Origin: Spirochaetia bacterium
GTDB lineage: Bacteria > Spirochaetota > Spirochaetia > CAKZLE01
Assembly: GCA_963677595.1 (NCBI GenBank)
Contig: OY782041.1
Coordinates: forward strand, 2,176,001 to 2,240,000
Direction of reading: 5' to 3'
DNA: 64,000 bases
A program made the position numbers and the translations under genes. Positions 19,985-30,665 of the stretch are shown here, piece after piece; the first letter of the stretch is position 1; each line of letters begins with the position of its first letter. Under the pieces are notes generated by a model, which was given only the letters and a program-made list of their open reading frames with translations, made no database searches and had not been told where the DNA came from.

Positions 19985-20662
19985 GTGAGAAAGATTCAAG
20001 TTGCCATTTTCGTTTTGATTACTATTGTACTTTTCGTATCTTGTGTGTCTTCTAGTGAGTATGTGGGTATTCTTGGAAAATTACCAGCAAATTGGTGGGA
20101 AAAAGATATCGCAGAAATTCAAAATCGATTCAGGAATACAAGCACAGGTGAATCAAAGAATGTTCTTATATTTGTTGGATATAGCGATTTCCCTTCAAAT
20201 AAAACGCAAACGATAGCAATCTATCAAGCCCGACTAGATGCACAAATGCAGCTATCACAATATCTAACCCAAAAATTAACAGGTATTGTCCAATCAAAGA
20301 ACTTCTCCACTACATTAGAAGAGGAACTTAAAGATGCTGGAGCTTCTAATGAAGAAATTATTACCTCAAAAGGTATATTAGAATCTGCCTTCTCACAGTT
20401 TATGTCAGACTTTGCTTCAACTCAGTTTTCATCTTTTAAAGAGGAAAGTCATCATACAAACAAAGCTGATGGGTATTATGAAGCATGGGTTTGTTATTCT
20501 GTATCAGATCAAATTCTTGAAGAGAGTCAAAAATTACAAGATCAAGCTTTCAGAACATTACTAGAAGAATCTGGAGCATATAAAGAAACTATGATAGCTG
20601 TTAATGAAGAAATAGCTCTTCAAGTTAAAGATGCACTGATCTCGGAAGTATTTAATGAATAA
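19985..20662 (+). CDS. Lipoprotein, LPP20-like
   Basis: Lipobox FVSC; FVGYS...AIYQARLDAQMQLSQYL helix pattern. Confidence 0.6.
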   Translation: MRKIQVAIFVLITIVLFVSCVSSSEYVGILGKLPANWWEKDIAEIQNRFRNTSTGESKNVLIFVGYSDFPSNKTQTIAIYQARLDAQMQLSQYLTQKLTGIVQSKNFSTTLEEELKDAGASNEEIITSKGILESAFSQFMSDFASTQFSSFKEESHHTNKADGYYEAWVCYSVSDQILEESQKLQDQAFRTLLEESGAYKETMIAVNEEIALQVKDALISEVFNE

Positions 20663-20710
20663 ACAGTTCCTATACGGTGACCTCTAATGGATCACCGTAA
20701 GAGAATTTTT

Positions 20711-22081
20711 ATGAAAGAAATTAAATACTTATTCTTTATAATAATAATATCTCACTTTCCCATCCTTATTGGTTGTACATCTTTGCAGGATACTACACCG
20801 AATTGGATAAGCATAACACCCGAGAGGAATGAGAATGTAGAATTCTTTGTTGGAGGACCAAGTACAGATATTGCTGAATCAAAAGAGATGGCTCTCTCTG
20901 AAATATCACATACTATTTCTACAGCAGTGAGTGCAATAAGTTCTTCATACACATATGCCTCCTATGAAGACATCAATGAAAGTATTAATGAGAAAATGCT
21001 ATCTACATTTGACAACTCATCTGAAGCAATAAGTTTTACAGTTTTTTCAGGAGTGAAAATAATTGAACGATGGTATGATCCTAACAATGACGAGTGGTGG
21101 GTATTAGCTTCGGTTTGTCAGTCTGATTTACTTAAAGGGATAGATGAAACTGCTGAGCAAATTGAGAAGAATGCAGAAGAAAAGCTGCAGTTTTCTAATC
21201 AAGTGAAACAGTTAGTAGAATCAATTACGGAAAGCGAATCAAAGTCAGGATTCTTTGATTTGTTGCTACGCTATATTGAAGTTTATAATCTTTTCCCAAG
21301 TAGTCAGTATAGAGATCATATTTATGCTGAGATTGATGGGCAGTATCTGAATATTTTCTCCTTCATTAAAACTAAAATAAATCAGTTATTAGCCAGCAAC
21401 ACTATCACTGCTGAGCCCCAGAATACTATCCTGATGAAAAACAATAATAAGACCATCATATTATCCAGGGAACCCAATAAGGATCATCTTGGAAAACTGA
21501 GAATGGTCGTTGAGAATGGTACTAAGGAAATAATCTACAGCGATCTGTGGGACTTAACACAACCCATCTGTGATTTGAAAATCTCAAGCGAAAAGTTACC
21601 TATGGGGGAATCTCTACTACATATCTATCCTGACTATACTAGTGTGGGTATAATGATACCCGAAGAAATGGTTATCCCGGTCTTGAATATTCCTATCACG
21701 ATCATTGATCAGATACCAAGCGTTGAGTTTGATTTATCGAAAAGTATCCTTATAGAAAATGTTAGCGAGCATCTTGAGGCACTACTGACTGATAAGTCTG
21801 TTGATTACATTATCTCGGATGAAGAGTCTTTTCCCAAAATAGTTATTTCACTGAATCAGGAGGAAGGTTCCAAGCTTGGAGCCATGCAGGCAGTACGCAC
21901 TGAAATAGTTATTTCGTATGAAGCTGAAAAAGGGGAGTCTTATGTCTTTATTTCGGCCCCAGTTAAAGGTTATGGGAGTAGTTTAAGGGAAGCCGCAAAG
22001 GACTCTTTTCAGAAAGCATTAGCGGAAACACAAATGAATCCGCAGTGTGGTGCATTTATTGAGAGTTATATAACCAAGTAA
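20711..22081 (+). CDS. LPP20-family lipoprotein, ~456 aa
   Basis: Lipobox LIGC; TPNWI...FFVG...ESKEMALSEIS...GVKIIERWYD...WVLA. Confidence 0.7.
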   Translation: MKEIKYLFFIIIISHFPILIGCTSLQDTTPNWISITPERNENVEFFVGGPSTDIAESKEMALSEISHTISTAVSAISSSYTYASYEDINESINEKMLSTFDNSSEAISFTVFSGVKIIERWYDPNNDEWWVLASVCQSDLLKGIDETAEQIEKNAEEKLQFSNQVKQLVESITESESKSGFFDLLLRYIEVYNLFPSSQYRDHIYAEIDGQYLNIFSFIKTKINQLLASNTITAEPQNTILMKNNNKTIILSREPNKDHLGKLRMVVENGTKEIIYSDLWDLTQPICDLKISSEKLPMGESLLHIYPDYTSVGIMIPEEMVIPVLNIPITIIDQIPSVEFDLSKSILIENVSEHLEALLTDKSVDYIISDEESFPKIVISLNQEEGSKLGAMQAVRTEIVISYEAEKGESYVFISAPVKGYGSSLREAAKDSFQKALAETQMNPQCGAFIESYITK

Positions 22082-22151
22082 ATAGAAGAGATTAACAAAT
22101 CTCTAGCTTTATGGATTTTAAAGTACTACATGCTATCGGAGGGGAAGAAAG

Positions 22152-22967
22152 ATGATTACAAAAAAACTATGGATGCTTATAGGTTTAATACTAATGATAT
22201 CATCAACCGTATTCGCACTTGATATAAATACTGTAGCAGTTATCCCCTTTGATGGTAAGGTAATATCACAGGAAGAAGCAACTACCTTGTCTAATACACT
22301 GCAAAATAGATTAGCCCAATATGGTACTTACGATCTTGTGAGTAGAATTAAGATTAATGAAGTAATGAAAGAACATGAATTCTCATCTTCTGATTTTGTT
22401 AACCAAGAAACTGCAATTCGAGCAGGAGAACTACTATCAGCACATTGGTTATTCGTAGGATCCGTTAGTAAACTTGGTAATGCTTACCTTGTTTATGTTG
22501 AATTGGTTAATACTGAAACTGGAAGGATTGTTACGGGTGCTGATGGGGAAGCAAAGACAATAGAAGGTCTAAAAACAGAAGTTGAGAATTTAGCAAAGAA
22601 GTTATCAACCTTTGTCTTATCCAGCTTTAACTATTCATTTGATGTATCTGGTACAGTCATGCTCCATAATCTGGATATACATTCCCTTGGGGTAAATTTA
22701 GGTTTCACCTATAACCTGATAAGAGGTATCTCAGCTGGAGCCTGGATTGGTATGCATGTCCGCAGTGAAGATAGTGAAATGGATCTGATGTATGGTGGGA
22801 CCCTTATGCTGGGGGATCCCAGAAAACAAGCACTTACTGTCAAGGTGGGGCACATACCCGCAATAGGGATTGTTTTCCACCAAGCCTTCATTGAAGTTTC
22901 TCCGCTCATGTTGTTAGGGTATGAAGATGCAATGGGTATCTCAATGGGGTATTCAGTTTGTTTTTAG
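22152..22967 (+). CDS. CsgG/HfaB-like exported protein with a C-terminal beta-strand region
   Basis: Signal peptide (VFA); VAVIPFD, LVSRIKINEVMKEHEF, GELLSAHWLFVGSVSKLG, LVNTETGRIV; ends GISMGYSVCF. Confidence 0.75.
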   Translation: MITKKLWMLIGLILMISSTVFALDINTVAVIPFDGKVISQEEATTLSNTLQNRLAQYGTYDLVSRIKINEVMKEHEFSSSDFVNQETAIRAGELLSAHWLFVGSVSKLGNAYLVYVELVNTETGRIVTGADGEAKTIEGLKTEVENLAKKLSTFVLSSFNYSFDVSGTVMLHNLDIHSLGVNLGFTYNLIRGISAGAWIGMHVRSEDSEMDLMYGGTLMLGDPRKQALTVKVGHIPAIGIVFHQAFIEVSPLMLLGYEDAMGISMGYSVCF

Positions 22968-22977
22968 GTAAGAATGT

Positions 22978-24873
22978 ATGAAAAAAAGTTTTATATTGCT
23001 GAGTATCTTGGTTTTCACTATTGCAGGATTGCTTTTGAGCTGCGATCTATTCTCATTGGATGAGTGGTTTGATTTTCCAACCAAAGCCATAATCACAACA
23101 GAAGATACTGGTGAAGTGAAAATCGGGGATACCATTACCCTTAATGGCAACACCAGTGTATGCGGCATGAATGAAACTTTGACCTACTCTTGGGAGATCA
23201 CCCAAAAGCCAGCAGGATCAACTGTAGCCTTAGAGACTCCAACGTCAAAACAATCGTCGTTAATTCCCGATTATGCAGGTATCTATAACATAAGACTAAC
23301 AGTAGAGGACGACGATGAAGATAGTGATAGCTGTGAATATACCCTAGAGGTATCAGCAGTCATCACCGCTTCAGCCGGAACAGGAGGGAGTATCAACCCG
23401 AGTGGAGATGTAAGTGTAACTTATGGAAGTGATAAGACGTTTACGATAACACCAGAAACAGGGTATGAGGTTTCTGATGTGCTCGTTGATGGAGTGAGTG
23501 TTGGAGCTGTTACGAGTCATACCTTCGATGATGTAACTGAGAACCATACGATAAGTGCAACGTTCTCATTAGTTGAGTATGTGATTACTGCCACCGCAGG
23601 AACAGGAGGAAGCATCAGTTCGAGTGGGGATGTGAGTGTGACTCATGGGAATGATAAGACGTTTACAATAACACCAGAAACAGGATATGAGATTTCAGAT
23701 GTTCTTGTAGATGGGACGAGTGTTGGAGCGGTTTCAAACTATACATTCACAGATGTGATAGAAAACCATACGATTAGTGCGACATTCGCATTAGTTGAGT
23801 ATGTGATTACTGCCACCGCAGGAACAGGAGGAAGCATCAGTTCGAGTGGGGATGTAAGTGTAACGCATGGGAATGATAAGACGTTTACAATAACACCAGA
23901 AACAGGATATGAGATTTCAGATGTTCTGGTTGATGGGACAAGTGTTGGTACGGTTTCAAACTATACATTCACAGATGTGATAGAAAACCATACGATCAGT
24001 GTGACGTTCTCATTAGTTGAGTATGTGATTACTGCCACTGCAGGAACTGGAGGAAACATCAGTCCGAGTGGGGATGTGAGTATAACCCATGGGAGCGATA
24101 AGACATTTACGATAACACCAAATACTGGATATGAGATCTCTGATGTATTGGTAGATGGGACAAGTGTTGGAGTTGTAACGAGTCATACTTTCAATGATGT
24201 AATAGAGACTCATACGATTAGTGTGACATTCGTGCAGAGTGAACTCACAATTACATTTAATAAGAATGCAACAGATGCAATAGGCACAATGCCTACAGAG
24301 ACTGTAACAAATGGGGAAGAGATAACTCTACCTGCAGTTGGGTTCAGCAGGTCTGGATATACCTTCTCTGGTTGGTCATTGAGTGCTAGTGGTGCAGTAG
24401 TGTATGAAGATCAGGTAACAGTGACGATGGGTTCTTCAGATGTAACATTGTATGCGGTGTGGGAAATTACAGAGTACAGTATTGGTTCTTTAGGTCCAGC
24501 CGGTGGGTATATATTTTATGATAAAGGTACATATTCCGATGAATGGAGATATTTAGAAGCAGCACCATATGGATGGTATAGTGGAGCAGTCGATCCACTT
24601 AAAGATTGGATGAACGCCTTATTAGTATGTGCAGATATTGAAATTCAGGGATTTTCTGATTGGGAATTACCATCAAAACAGTATTTAGATTTAATGTATC
24701 ATAACTTGCATGTTTTAGGTCTCGGAAGTTTTACAAGTGGATCTTATTATAGCTCAACAAGGTATGATGATGAAAATGTTTGGTCTTTAAACTTCAATAT
24801 CCAATATGATGGATATTGGCATGATGATAATACGTCTCTTCAAAGATATGTACGTCCGATAAGGAAATTTTAG
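22978..24873 (+). CDS. Repeat-stalk surface lipoprotein 1 (PKD-like, 4 x 74-aa InlB-B-like repeats, 1 Flg_new-like repeat, DUF1566/C-type-lectin-like tip)
   Basis: Lipobox LLSC; repeat VITASAGTGGSI.PSGDVSV..G.DKTFTITP.TGY; tip GPAGGYIFYDKG...WELPS...VRPIRKF. Confidence 0.85.
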   Translation: MKKSFILLSILVFTIAGLLLSCDLFSLDEWFDFPTKAIITTEDTGEVKIGDTITLNGNTSVCGMNETLTYSWEITQKPAGSTVALETPTSKQSSLIPDYAGIYNIRLTVEDDDEDSDSCEYTLEVSAVITASAGTGGSINPSGDVSVTYGSDKTFTITPETGYEVSDVLVDGVSVGAVTSHTFDDVTENHTISATFSLVEYVITATAGTGGSISSSGDVSVTHGNDKTFTITPETGYEISDVLVDGTSVGAVSNYTFTDVIENHTISATFALVEYVITATAGTGGSISSSGDVSVTHGNDKTFTITPETGYEISDVLVDGTSVGTVSNYTFTDVIENHTISVTFSLVEYVITATAGTGGNISPSGDVSITHGSDKTFTITPNTGYEISDVLVDGTSVGVVTSHTFNDVIETHTISVTFVQSELTITFNKNATDAIGTMPTETVTNGEEITLPAVGFSRSGYTFSGWSLSASGAVVYEDQVTVTMGSSDVTLYAVWEITEYSIGSLGPAGGYIFYDKGTYSDEWRYLEAAPYGWYSGAVDPLKDWMNALLVCADIEIQGFSDWELPSKQYLDLMYHNLHVLGLGSFTSGSYYSSTRYDDENVWSLNFNIQYDGYWHDDNTSLQRYVRPIRKF

Positions 24874-24915
24874 ATTTGCATTTCTTGAGATAAAAAAATT
24901 TTAGGGATTTCTAAA

Positions 24916-27900
24916 ATGGGGAAAAAAGTACTAATAATAAGTTTAATTGCTTGCTTTTTTTTCAATGTAATAAGTTGTGATCTCTTTTCTTTAGAAGAAT
25001 GGTTTGATTTCCCAACTAAAGCCGTTATCACAACGAATGATATCTCTGATATACATATAGGAGAAACTGTTTCTCTTGATGGTAGTACCAGTGAATGTGG
25101 CATGAATGAGACTTTGATTTATACATGGGAAATAGCAGAAAAACCATTAGGATCAATAGCTACTCTTGATCATCCTACATCTAAAACTTCTTCTTTTACT
25201 CCAGATTATGCAGGAACTTATATAATTAGCCTAACCGTAGTAGATGATGATGAAGATAGCAATAGCTGTAACTATTCAATCGATGTTTCCGCTATTATTA
25301 CTACTTCAGCTGGAACAGGAGGGAGTATCACCCCTAGTGGGGCTGTGAGTGTTACACAGGGGAGTGATAAGACCTTTACCATTACACCAGAAACAGGGTA
25401 TGAGATATCTGATGTGTTCGTAGATGGCGAAAGTGTTGGAGCTGTAACGAGTCATACCTTTAGTGATGTAACTGAGAACCATACTATCAGTGCGTCGTTC
25501 TTATTAGTTGAATATGTCATAACAGCATCCGCGGGAACTGGGGGAAGTATCAATCCGAGCGGAGATGTGAGTGTAACTCATGGAAGTGATAAAACGTTTA
25601 CGATTACCTCAGAGACAGGATATGAGGTGTCTGATGTACTTGTAGATGGAAAGAGTGTTGGAGCTGTTACGAGTCATACCTTCGATGATGTAACTGAGAA
25701 CCATACGATAAGTGTAACATTCTCATTAGTTGATTATGTAATTACTGCTTCAGCCGGAACAGGAGGGAGTATCAATCCGAGCGGAGATGTGAGTGTAACG
25801 CATGGGGATGATCAGACATTCACCATTACACCAGAAACAGGGTATGAGATAGCAGATGTGTTCGTAGATGGCGAAAGTGTTGGAGCTGTAACGAGTCATA
25901 CCTTCAATGATGTAACTGAGAACCATACGATAAGTGCAACATTCTCATTGGTAGATTATGTAATTACTGCTTCGGCTGGAACAGGAGGGAGTATCAATCC
26001 GAGCGGAGATGTGAGTGTAACGCATGGGGATGATAAGACATTCACCATTACACCAGAAACAGGATATGAGGTATCTGATGTGCTCGTTGATGAAGTGAGT
26101 GTTGGAGCTGTAACGAGTTATACTTTTTATGATGTAACAGAGAACCATACTATCAGTGTTTCATTCGTTTTAGGTGAATATACAATTACATTTTATAAGA
26201 ATGCGACAGATGCGATAGGAGTAATGCCACCAGAAGATGTTATAAATGGAGAAACAATAGTCTTACCTATTGTTGGATTCAGTAGAGCAGGGTATACCTT
26301 TTCTGGATGGTCTACAAGTTCCGGTGGTGAAGTGGAATTTACTGATCAATCATCATTTACAGTTGGATCCTCGAATGTCACACTATTTGCGATATGGGAA
26401 GGTAATACATATATAATCACATTTGATAAAAATGATGAAAGTGCAATAGGAACTATGCCAGACCAGAATGTAAAAAGTGGTATTGTAGTAAATCTTAATG
26501 CAAATGTGTATGAAAAAGTCGGAAGTATTTTTACTGGTTGGGCAACTAATCCTAGTGGGCCTGTAGTATACGAAGACCAAGCTTCTTTCATGATTGGTAT
26601 TTCAAATGTGACACTATATGCGCAATGGGAAGAAGTGAAGAACTTGCTTCCTACAAATGGCACTACAACAATTGATACTACACCTACTTTCAGTTGGAGT
26701 GAGATTAACTATTCAACTGGATATCATTTTCAGCTAGTTAAAGATGAAGCACTTTTTGATTCTAGTGATTATATCCCTGTAACTTCAAATTCTTATGTCC
26801 CAGAGGAAGTATTAGATAATTTGAGTACATATTATTGGCGGTTACGAGTAGCTAACAATGAAAAACTGGGTAGCTGGACAGAAGCCAATTCTTTCAGTAT
26901 TGATTTTGGTGATGTAAATAATCTTCTACCAGTAAGTGGTTCTGGAACATCCGACACTACTCCTTTATTTAGCTGGGATGAAGTACCAGGAGCTATAAAC
27001 TATGAATTTCAAATATCTGAAAGTGAACCAGATTTAGATACTGCTACTAAAGAAAATTGTGTTTCAAATGAGTACGAACCCTCTAACGCGCTAGAAAACA
27101 CAAAAACGTATTATTGGCGTGTGAGAGCGAGAAATAATGATGGAGTATATGGAGAGTGGAGTGGTAATAACAGTATTTCAATCAATTGGTTGGGAGAAAT
27201 TACTGATAAAGTCCCAGTTGATGGATCTGTAACGATTGATCAGACCCCAAGATTAAGTTGGGATGTAAATGATAGTGCTACCTCATATGAATTACAGTTT
27301 TCTGAAGTTGGATTTGATTTAAATGATTCCGAAATTCGAATCATAGACAATAAGTATTTCTATCTTGAAGATGAATTAATCATTGGTGAAGAATATCAGT
27401 GGCGAGTTAGGGCTAAAGATAGTGGAGGCTCTTATGGTTCTTGGAGCGAAATAAACAAGTTTACTGTAAAATCATCCTTCTCAATTCGAGATACTAGAAC
27501 AAAAGGGAGCATTATATTCTATGACAAGGGATCATATAGTGATGGTTGGAGATATTTAGAAGTCGCACCCTATGGTTGGTATAACGGGGGGAATGATCCA
27601 TTATATGATTGGGGTGTTTGGTCCTATACTGTGAGTCCCTCTGCAACAGCTAGAGGAATCGGATATGGAAGTATAAATACAACTAATATCGTTTTATTTC
27701 ATGATCGCCTTGGAACAGAGGGGTATCTCGGTTATGCAGAAGGATGGGGAAGTTATTATGAAAATCCTTCGGCATATAATACTTGGAGTAATGGGCAGGT
27801 AGCTGCAAAACTTTGTGTAGAGGCTGAGATTGTAGGATATACTGATTGGTTCTTACCTTCAGCAGATGAATTAAAACAAATCTACAATATTCTATATCTC

Positions 27901-28056
27901 TCAGGAATCGGTAACTTTATGGCGAATGGTACACCATATTGGAGTTCAAGTGAATATGATTCAAAAGAAGCAATGAGATTAGGATTTAATCCATATTATT
28001 ACAAAGATCTTTCAAAATCATCTAGTTGTTATATTAGGCCTGTTAGGAGTTTCTAG
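24916..28056 (+). CDS. Repeat-stalk surface lipoprotein 2 (4 x 74-aa repeats, 2 Flg_new-like, 3 FN3-like, lectin-like tip)
   Basis: Lipobox VISC; three TP.FSW...Y.WRVRA...G.WS domains; tip DWFLPSADEL..YWSSSE..IRPVRSF. Confidence 0.85.
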   Translation: MGKKVLIISLIACFFFNVISCDLFSLEEWFDFPTKAVITTNDISDIHIGETVSLDGSTSECGMNETLIYTWEIAEKPLGSIATLDHPTSKTSSFTPDYAGTYIISLTVVDDDEDSNSCNYSIDVSAIITTSAGTGGSITPSGAVSVTQGSDKTFTITPETGYEISDVFVDGESVGAVTSHTFSDVTENHTISASFLLVEYVITASAGTGGSINPSGDVSVTHGSDKTFTITSETGYEVSDVLVDGKSVGAVTSHTFDDVTENHTISVTFSLVDYVITASAGTGGSINPSGDVSVTHGDDQTFTITPETGYEIADVFVDGESVGAVTSHTFNDVTENHTISATFSLVDYVITASAGTGGSINPSGDVSVTHGDDKTFTITPETGYEVSDVLVDEVSVGAVTSYTFYDVTENHTISVSFVLGEYTITFYKNATDAIGVMPPEDVINGETIVLPIVGFSRAGYTFSGWSTSSGGEVEFTDQSSFTVGSSNVTLFAIWEGNTYIITFDKNDESAIGTMPDQNVKSGIVVNLNANVYEKVGSIFTGWATNPSGPVVYEDQASFMIGISNVTLYAQWEEVKNLLPTNGTTTIDTTPTFSWSEINYSTGYHFQLVKDEALFDSSDYIPVTSNSYVPEEVLDNLSTYYWRLRVANNEKLGSWTEANSFSIDFGDVNNLLPVSGSGTSDTTPLFSWDEVPGAINYEFQISESEPDLDTATKENCVSNEYEPSNALENTKTYYWRVRARNNDGVYGEWSGNNSISINWLGEITDKVPVDGSVTIDQTPRLSWDVNDSATSYELQFSEVGFDLNDSEIRIIDNKYFYLEDELIIGEEYQWRVRAKDSGGSYGSWSEINKFTVKSSFSIRDTRTKGSIIFYDKGSYSDGWRYLEVAPYGWYNGGNDPLYDWGVWSYTVSPSATARGIGYGSINTTNIVLFHDRLGTEGYLGYAEGWGSYYENPSAYNTWSNGQVAAKLCVEAEIVGYTDWFLPSADELKQIYNILYLSGIGNFMANGTPYWSSSEYDSKEAMRLGFNPYYYKDLSKSSSCYIRPVRSF

Positions 28057-28130
28057 TAGTAAGATGATTTATGTAGAAAATTTTTGTAATTATAAATATT
28101 TATTAAAGAACATTTATAAGGTTTTGAGTT

Positions 28131-30554
28131 ATGAAAAGAAGTCTGGTACTATTTACTATCTTAGTAGTCATTATAGCATGTCTGATCAGCTGTGATCTAT
28201 TCTCCTTAGAGGATTGGTTCGACTTTGCAACAAAAGCAGTAATCACTTCTAATGATACCTCTGATATACATATAGGAGAAGCTGTTTCTCTTGATGGTAG
28301 CACCAGTGAATGTGGCATGAATGAGACTTTGATTTATACATGGGAAATAGCAGAAAAACCATTAGGATCAATAGCTACTCTTGATCATCCTACATCTAAA
28401 ACTTCTTCTTTTACTCCAGATTATGCAGGAACTTATATAATTAGCCTAACCGTAGTAGATGATGATGAAGATAGCAATAACTGTAACTATTCAATCGATG
28501 TTTCCGCTATTATTACTGCTTCAGCTGGAACAGGAGGGAGTATCACCCCTAGTGGGGCTGTGAGTGTTACACAGGGGAGTGATAAGACATTCACGATTAC
28601 ACCAGAAATAGGTTATGAGATAACAGATATCGTAGTGGATGATAGTAGCATAGGGGCTGTATCTACATACACCTTCTCAGATGTTTCAGAGAACCATACA
28701 ATCAATGCGACATTCTCATTAGTAGATTATGTCATTTCTGCTTCAGCAGGAACTGGAGGAAGTATTAGTCCAAATGGCGATGTAAGTGTAACTTATGGAA
28801 GTGATAAGGCGTTTACGATTACCTCAGAGACAGGATATGAGGTGTTTGATGTACTTGTAGATGGAAAGAGTGTTGGAGCTGTTACGAGTCATACCTTCAA
28901 TGATGTAACTGAGAACCATACGATAAGTGCAACATTCTCATTGGTAGATTATGTAATTACTGCTTCGGCTGGAACAGGAGGGAGTATCAATCCGAGCGGA
29001 GATGTGAGTGTAACGCATGGGGATGATCAGACATTCACCCTTACACCAGAAACAGGATATGAGGTATCTGATGTGCTCGTTGATGAAGTGAGTGTTGGAG
29101 CTGTAACAAGTTATACTTTTTATGATGTAACAGAGAACCATACTATCAGTGCGTCGTTCTTATTAGTTGAATATGTCATAACAGCATCCGCGGGAACTGG
29201 GGGAAGTATCAATCCGAGCGGAGATGTAAGTGTAACTCATGGGGATGATCAGACATTTACGATAACTCCAAATACTGGATATGAGATCTCTGATGTTCTA
29301 GTGGATGGATTGAGTGTAGGTGCAGTGATAAGCTATACGTTCATTGATGTGACAGAGAATCATACGATCAATGCGTCGTTCTCATTAGTTGAATATGTCA
29401 TAACAGTATCAGCAGGGACAGGGGGCAGTATTACTCCAAATGGCGATGTAAGTGTAACACATGGAAGTAATAAGACATTTACGATTACATCAGAGACAGG
29501 ATATGAGGTGTCTGATGTGCTAATAGATGGATCTAGTGTTGGAGCTGTAACGAGTCATACCTTCTATGATGTAACTGAGAACCATACGATCAGTGCGTTG
29601 TTCACATTAATTGAATATGTCATAACAGCATCAGCGGGGACTGGAGGGAATATCAGCCCAAGTGGCGATGTAAGTATAACTCATGGGAGTGATAAGACGT
29701 ACACCATCACACCAAATACAGGATATGAGATATCTGATGTACTCGTAGATGGATCTAGTGTTGGAGCTGTAACGAGTCATACTTTCAATGATGTGACTGA
29801 GAACCATACGATCAGTGTTACTTTTTCTCAGAGTGAATTTACCATTACATTTATTAAAAATGCTGCTGATGCAACTGGTACTATGTCTTCTGAAACAGTA
29901 AAAAGTGGAGATGCAATTTCTCTTCCTACCGTTGGATACACCAGAGTAGGGTATACCTTCTCAGGTTGGGCAACGAGTTCTGAAGGGATCGTAGTATATG
30001 CTAATCAGGCGTCGTTTACAATGGATTCTTCGGATATGACGTTATATGCAATTTGGACACGTAAAGAGTATGCTATTGGGACAGTAGGTCCTGGAGGCGG
30101 TTATGTTTTTTATGATAAAGGGTCTGATGTTGACGGTTGGCGGTATATTGAAGCGGCGCCATATGGTTGGTTTGATGGAGGAGATGATCCGCTGATGATT
30201 TGGGGTGGGTATGGAATTAGTATTGGTACAGCAGAATCGGTGGGTACTGGTCGGAATAATACTGAATTAATTGTAAATGAATTAGGAAATAATTATTATG
30301 CTGCAAAAATATGTGAATCTGCAATAATTAATGATCTATCAGATTGGTTTTTACCTTCGATTGAAGAAGTTAATTTAATGTATGATATTCTGTTATTAAA
30401 CAATCTCGGGAATCTCTTAAATGAGTATGATTATTGGAGTTCTTCAGATTCAGATAGTATTTCTCATGCTTTATCTAAATTGTTTAGTAATGGTGGCGTT
30501 ATGGGGGAATTAAAAAATACTCATAATTGGGTAAGACCTGTTAGATATTTCTAG
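28131..30554 (+). CDS. Repeat-stalk surface lipoprotein 3 (6 x 74-aa repeats, 1 Flg_new-like, lectin-like tip)
   Basis: Lipobox LISC; tip GPGGGYVFYDKG..DWFLPS..YWSSS..VRPVRYF. Confidence 0.85.
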   Translation: MKRSLVLFTILVVIIACLISCDLFSLEDWFDFATKAVITSNDTSDIHIGEAVSLDGSTSECGMNETLIYTWEIAEKPLGSIATLDHPTSKTSSFTPDYAGTYIISLTVVDDDEDSNNCNYSIDVSAIITASAGTGGSITPSGAVSVTQGSDKTFTITPEIGYEITDIVVDDSSIGAVSTYTFSDVSENHTINATFSLVDYVISASAGTGGSISPNGDVSVTYGSDKAFTITSETGYEVFDVLVDGKSVGAVTSHTFNDVTENHTISATFSLVDYVITASAGTGGSINPSGDVSVTHGDDQTFTLTPETGYEVSDVLVDEVSVGAVTSYTFYDVTENHTISASFLLVEYVITASAGTGGSINPSGDVSVTHGDDQTFTITPNTGYEISDVLVDGLSVGAVISYTFIDVTENHTINASFSLVEYVITVSAGTGGSITPNGDVSVTHGSNKTFTITSETGYEVSDVLIDGSSVGAVTSHTFYDVTENHTISALFTLIEYVITASAGTGGNISPSGDVSITHGSDKTYTITPNTGYEISDVLVDGSSVGAVTSHTFNDVTENHTISVTFSQSEFTITFIKNAADATGTMSSETVKSGDAISLPTVGYTRVGYTFSGWATSSEGIVVYANQASFTMDSSDMTLYAIWTRKEYAIGTVGPGGGYVFYDKGSDVDGWRYIEAAPYGWFDGGDDPLMIWGGYGISIGTAESVGTGRNNTELIVNELGNNYYAAKICESAIINDLSDWFLPSIEEVNLMYDILLLNNLGNLLNEYDYWSSSDSDSISHALSKLFSNGGVMGELKNTHNWVRPVRYF

Positions 30555-30665
30555 GGTTTAGAAAATGTTTTTTGTATACCTCATATTGGTACCTAATACA
30601 GTCAAAAAAACATTAGATATTTCTGTGGGATATTTTGTTTGTAGGGCGGAAACTTAGGGTATAAA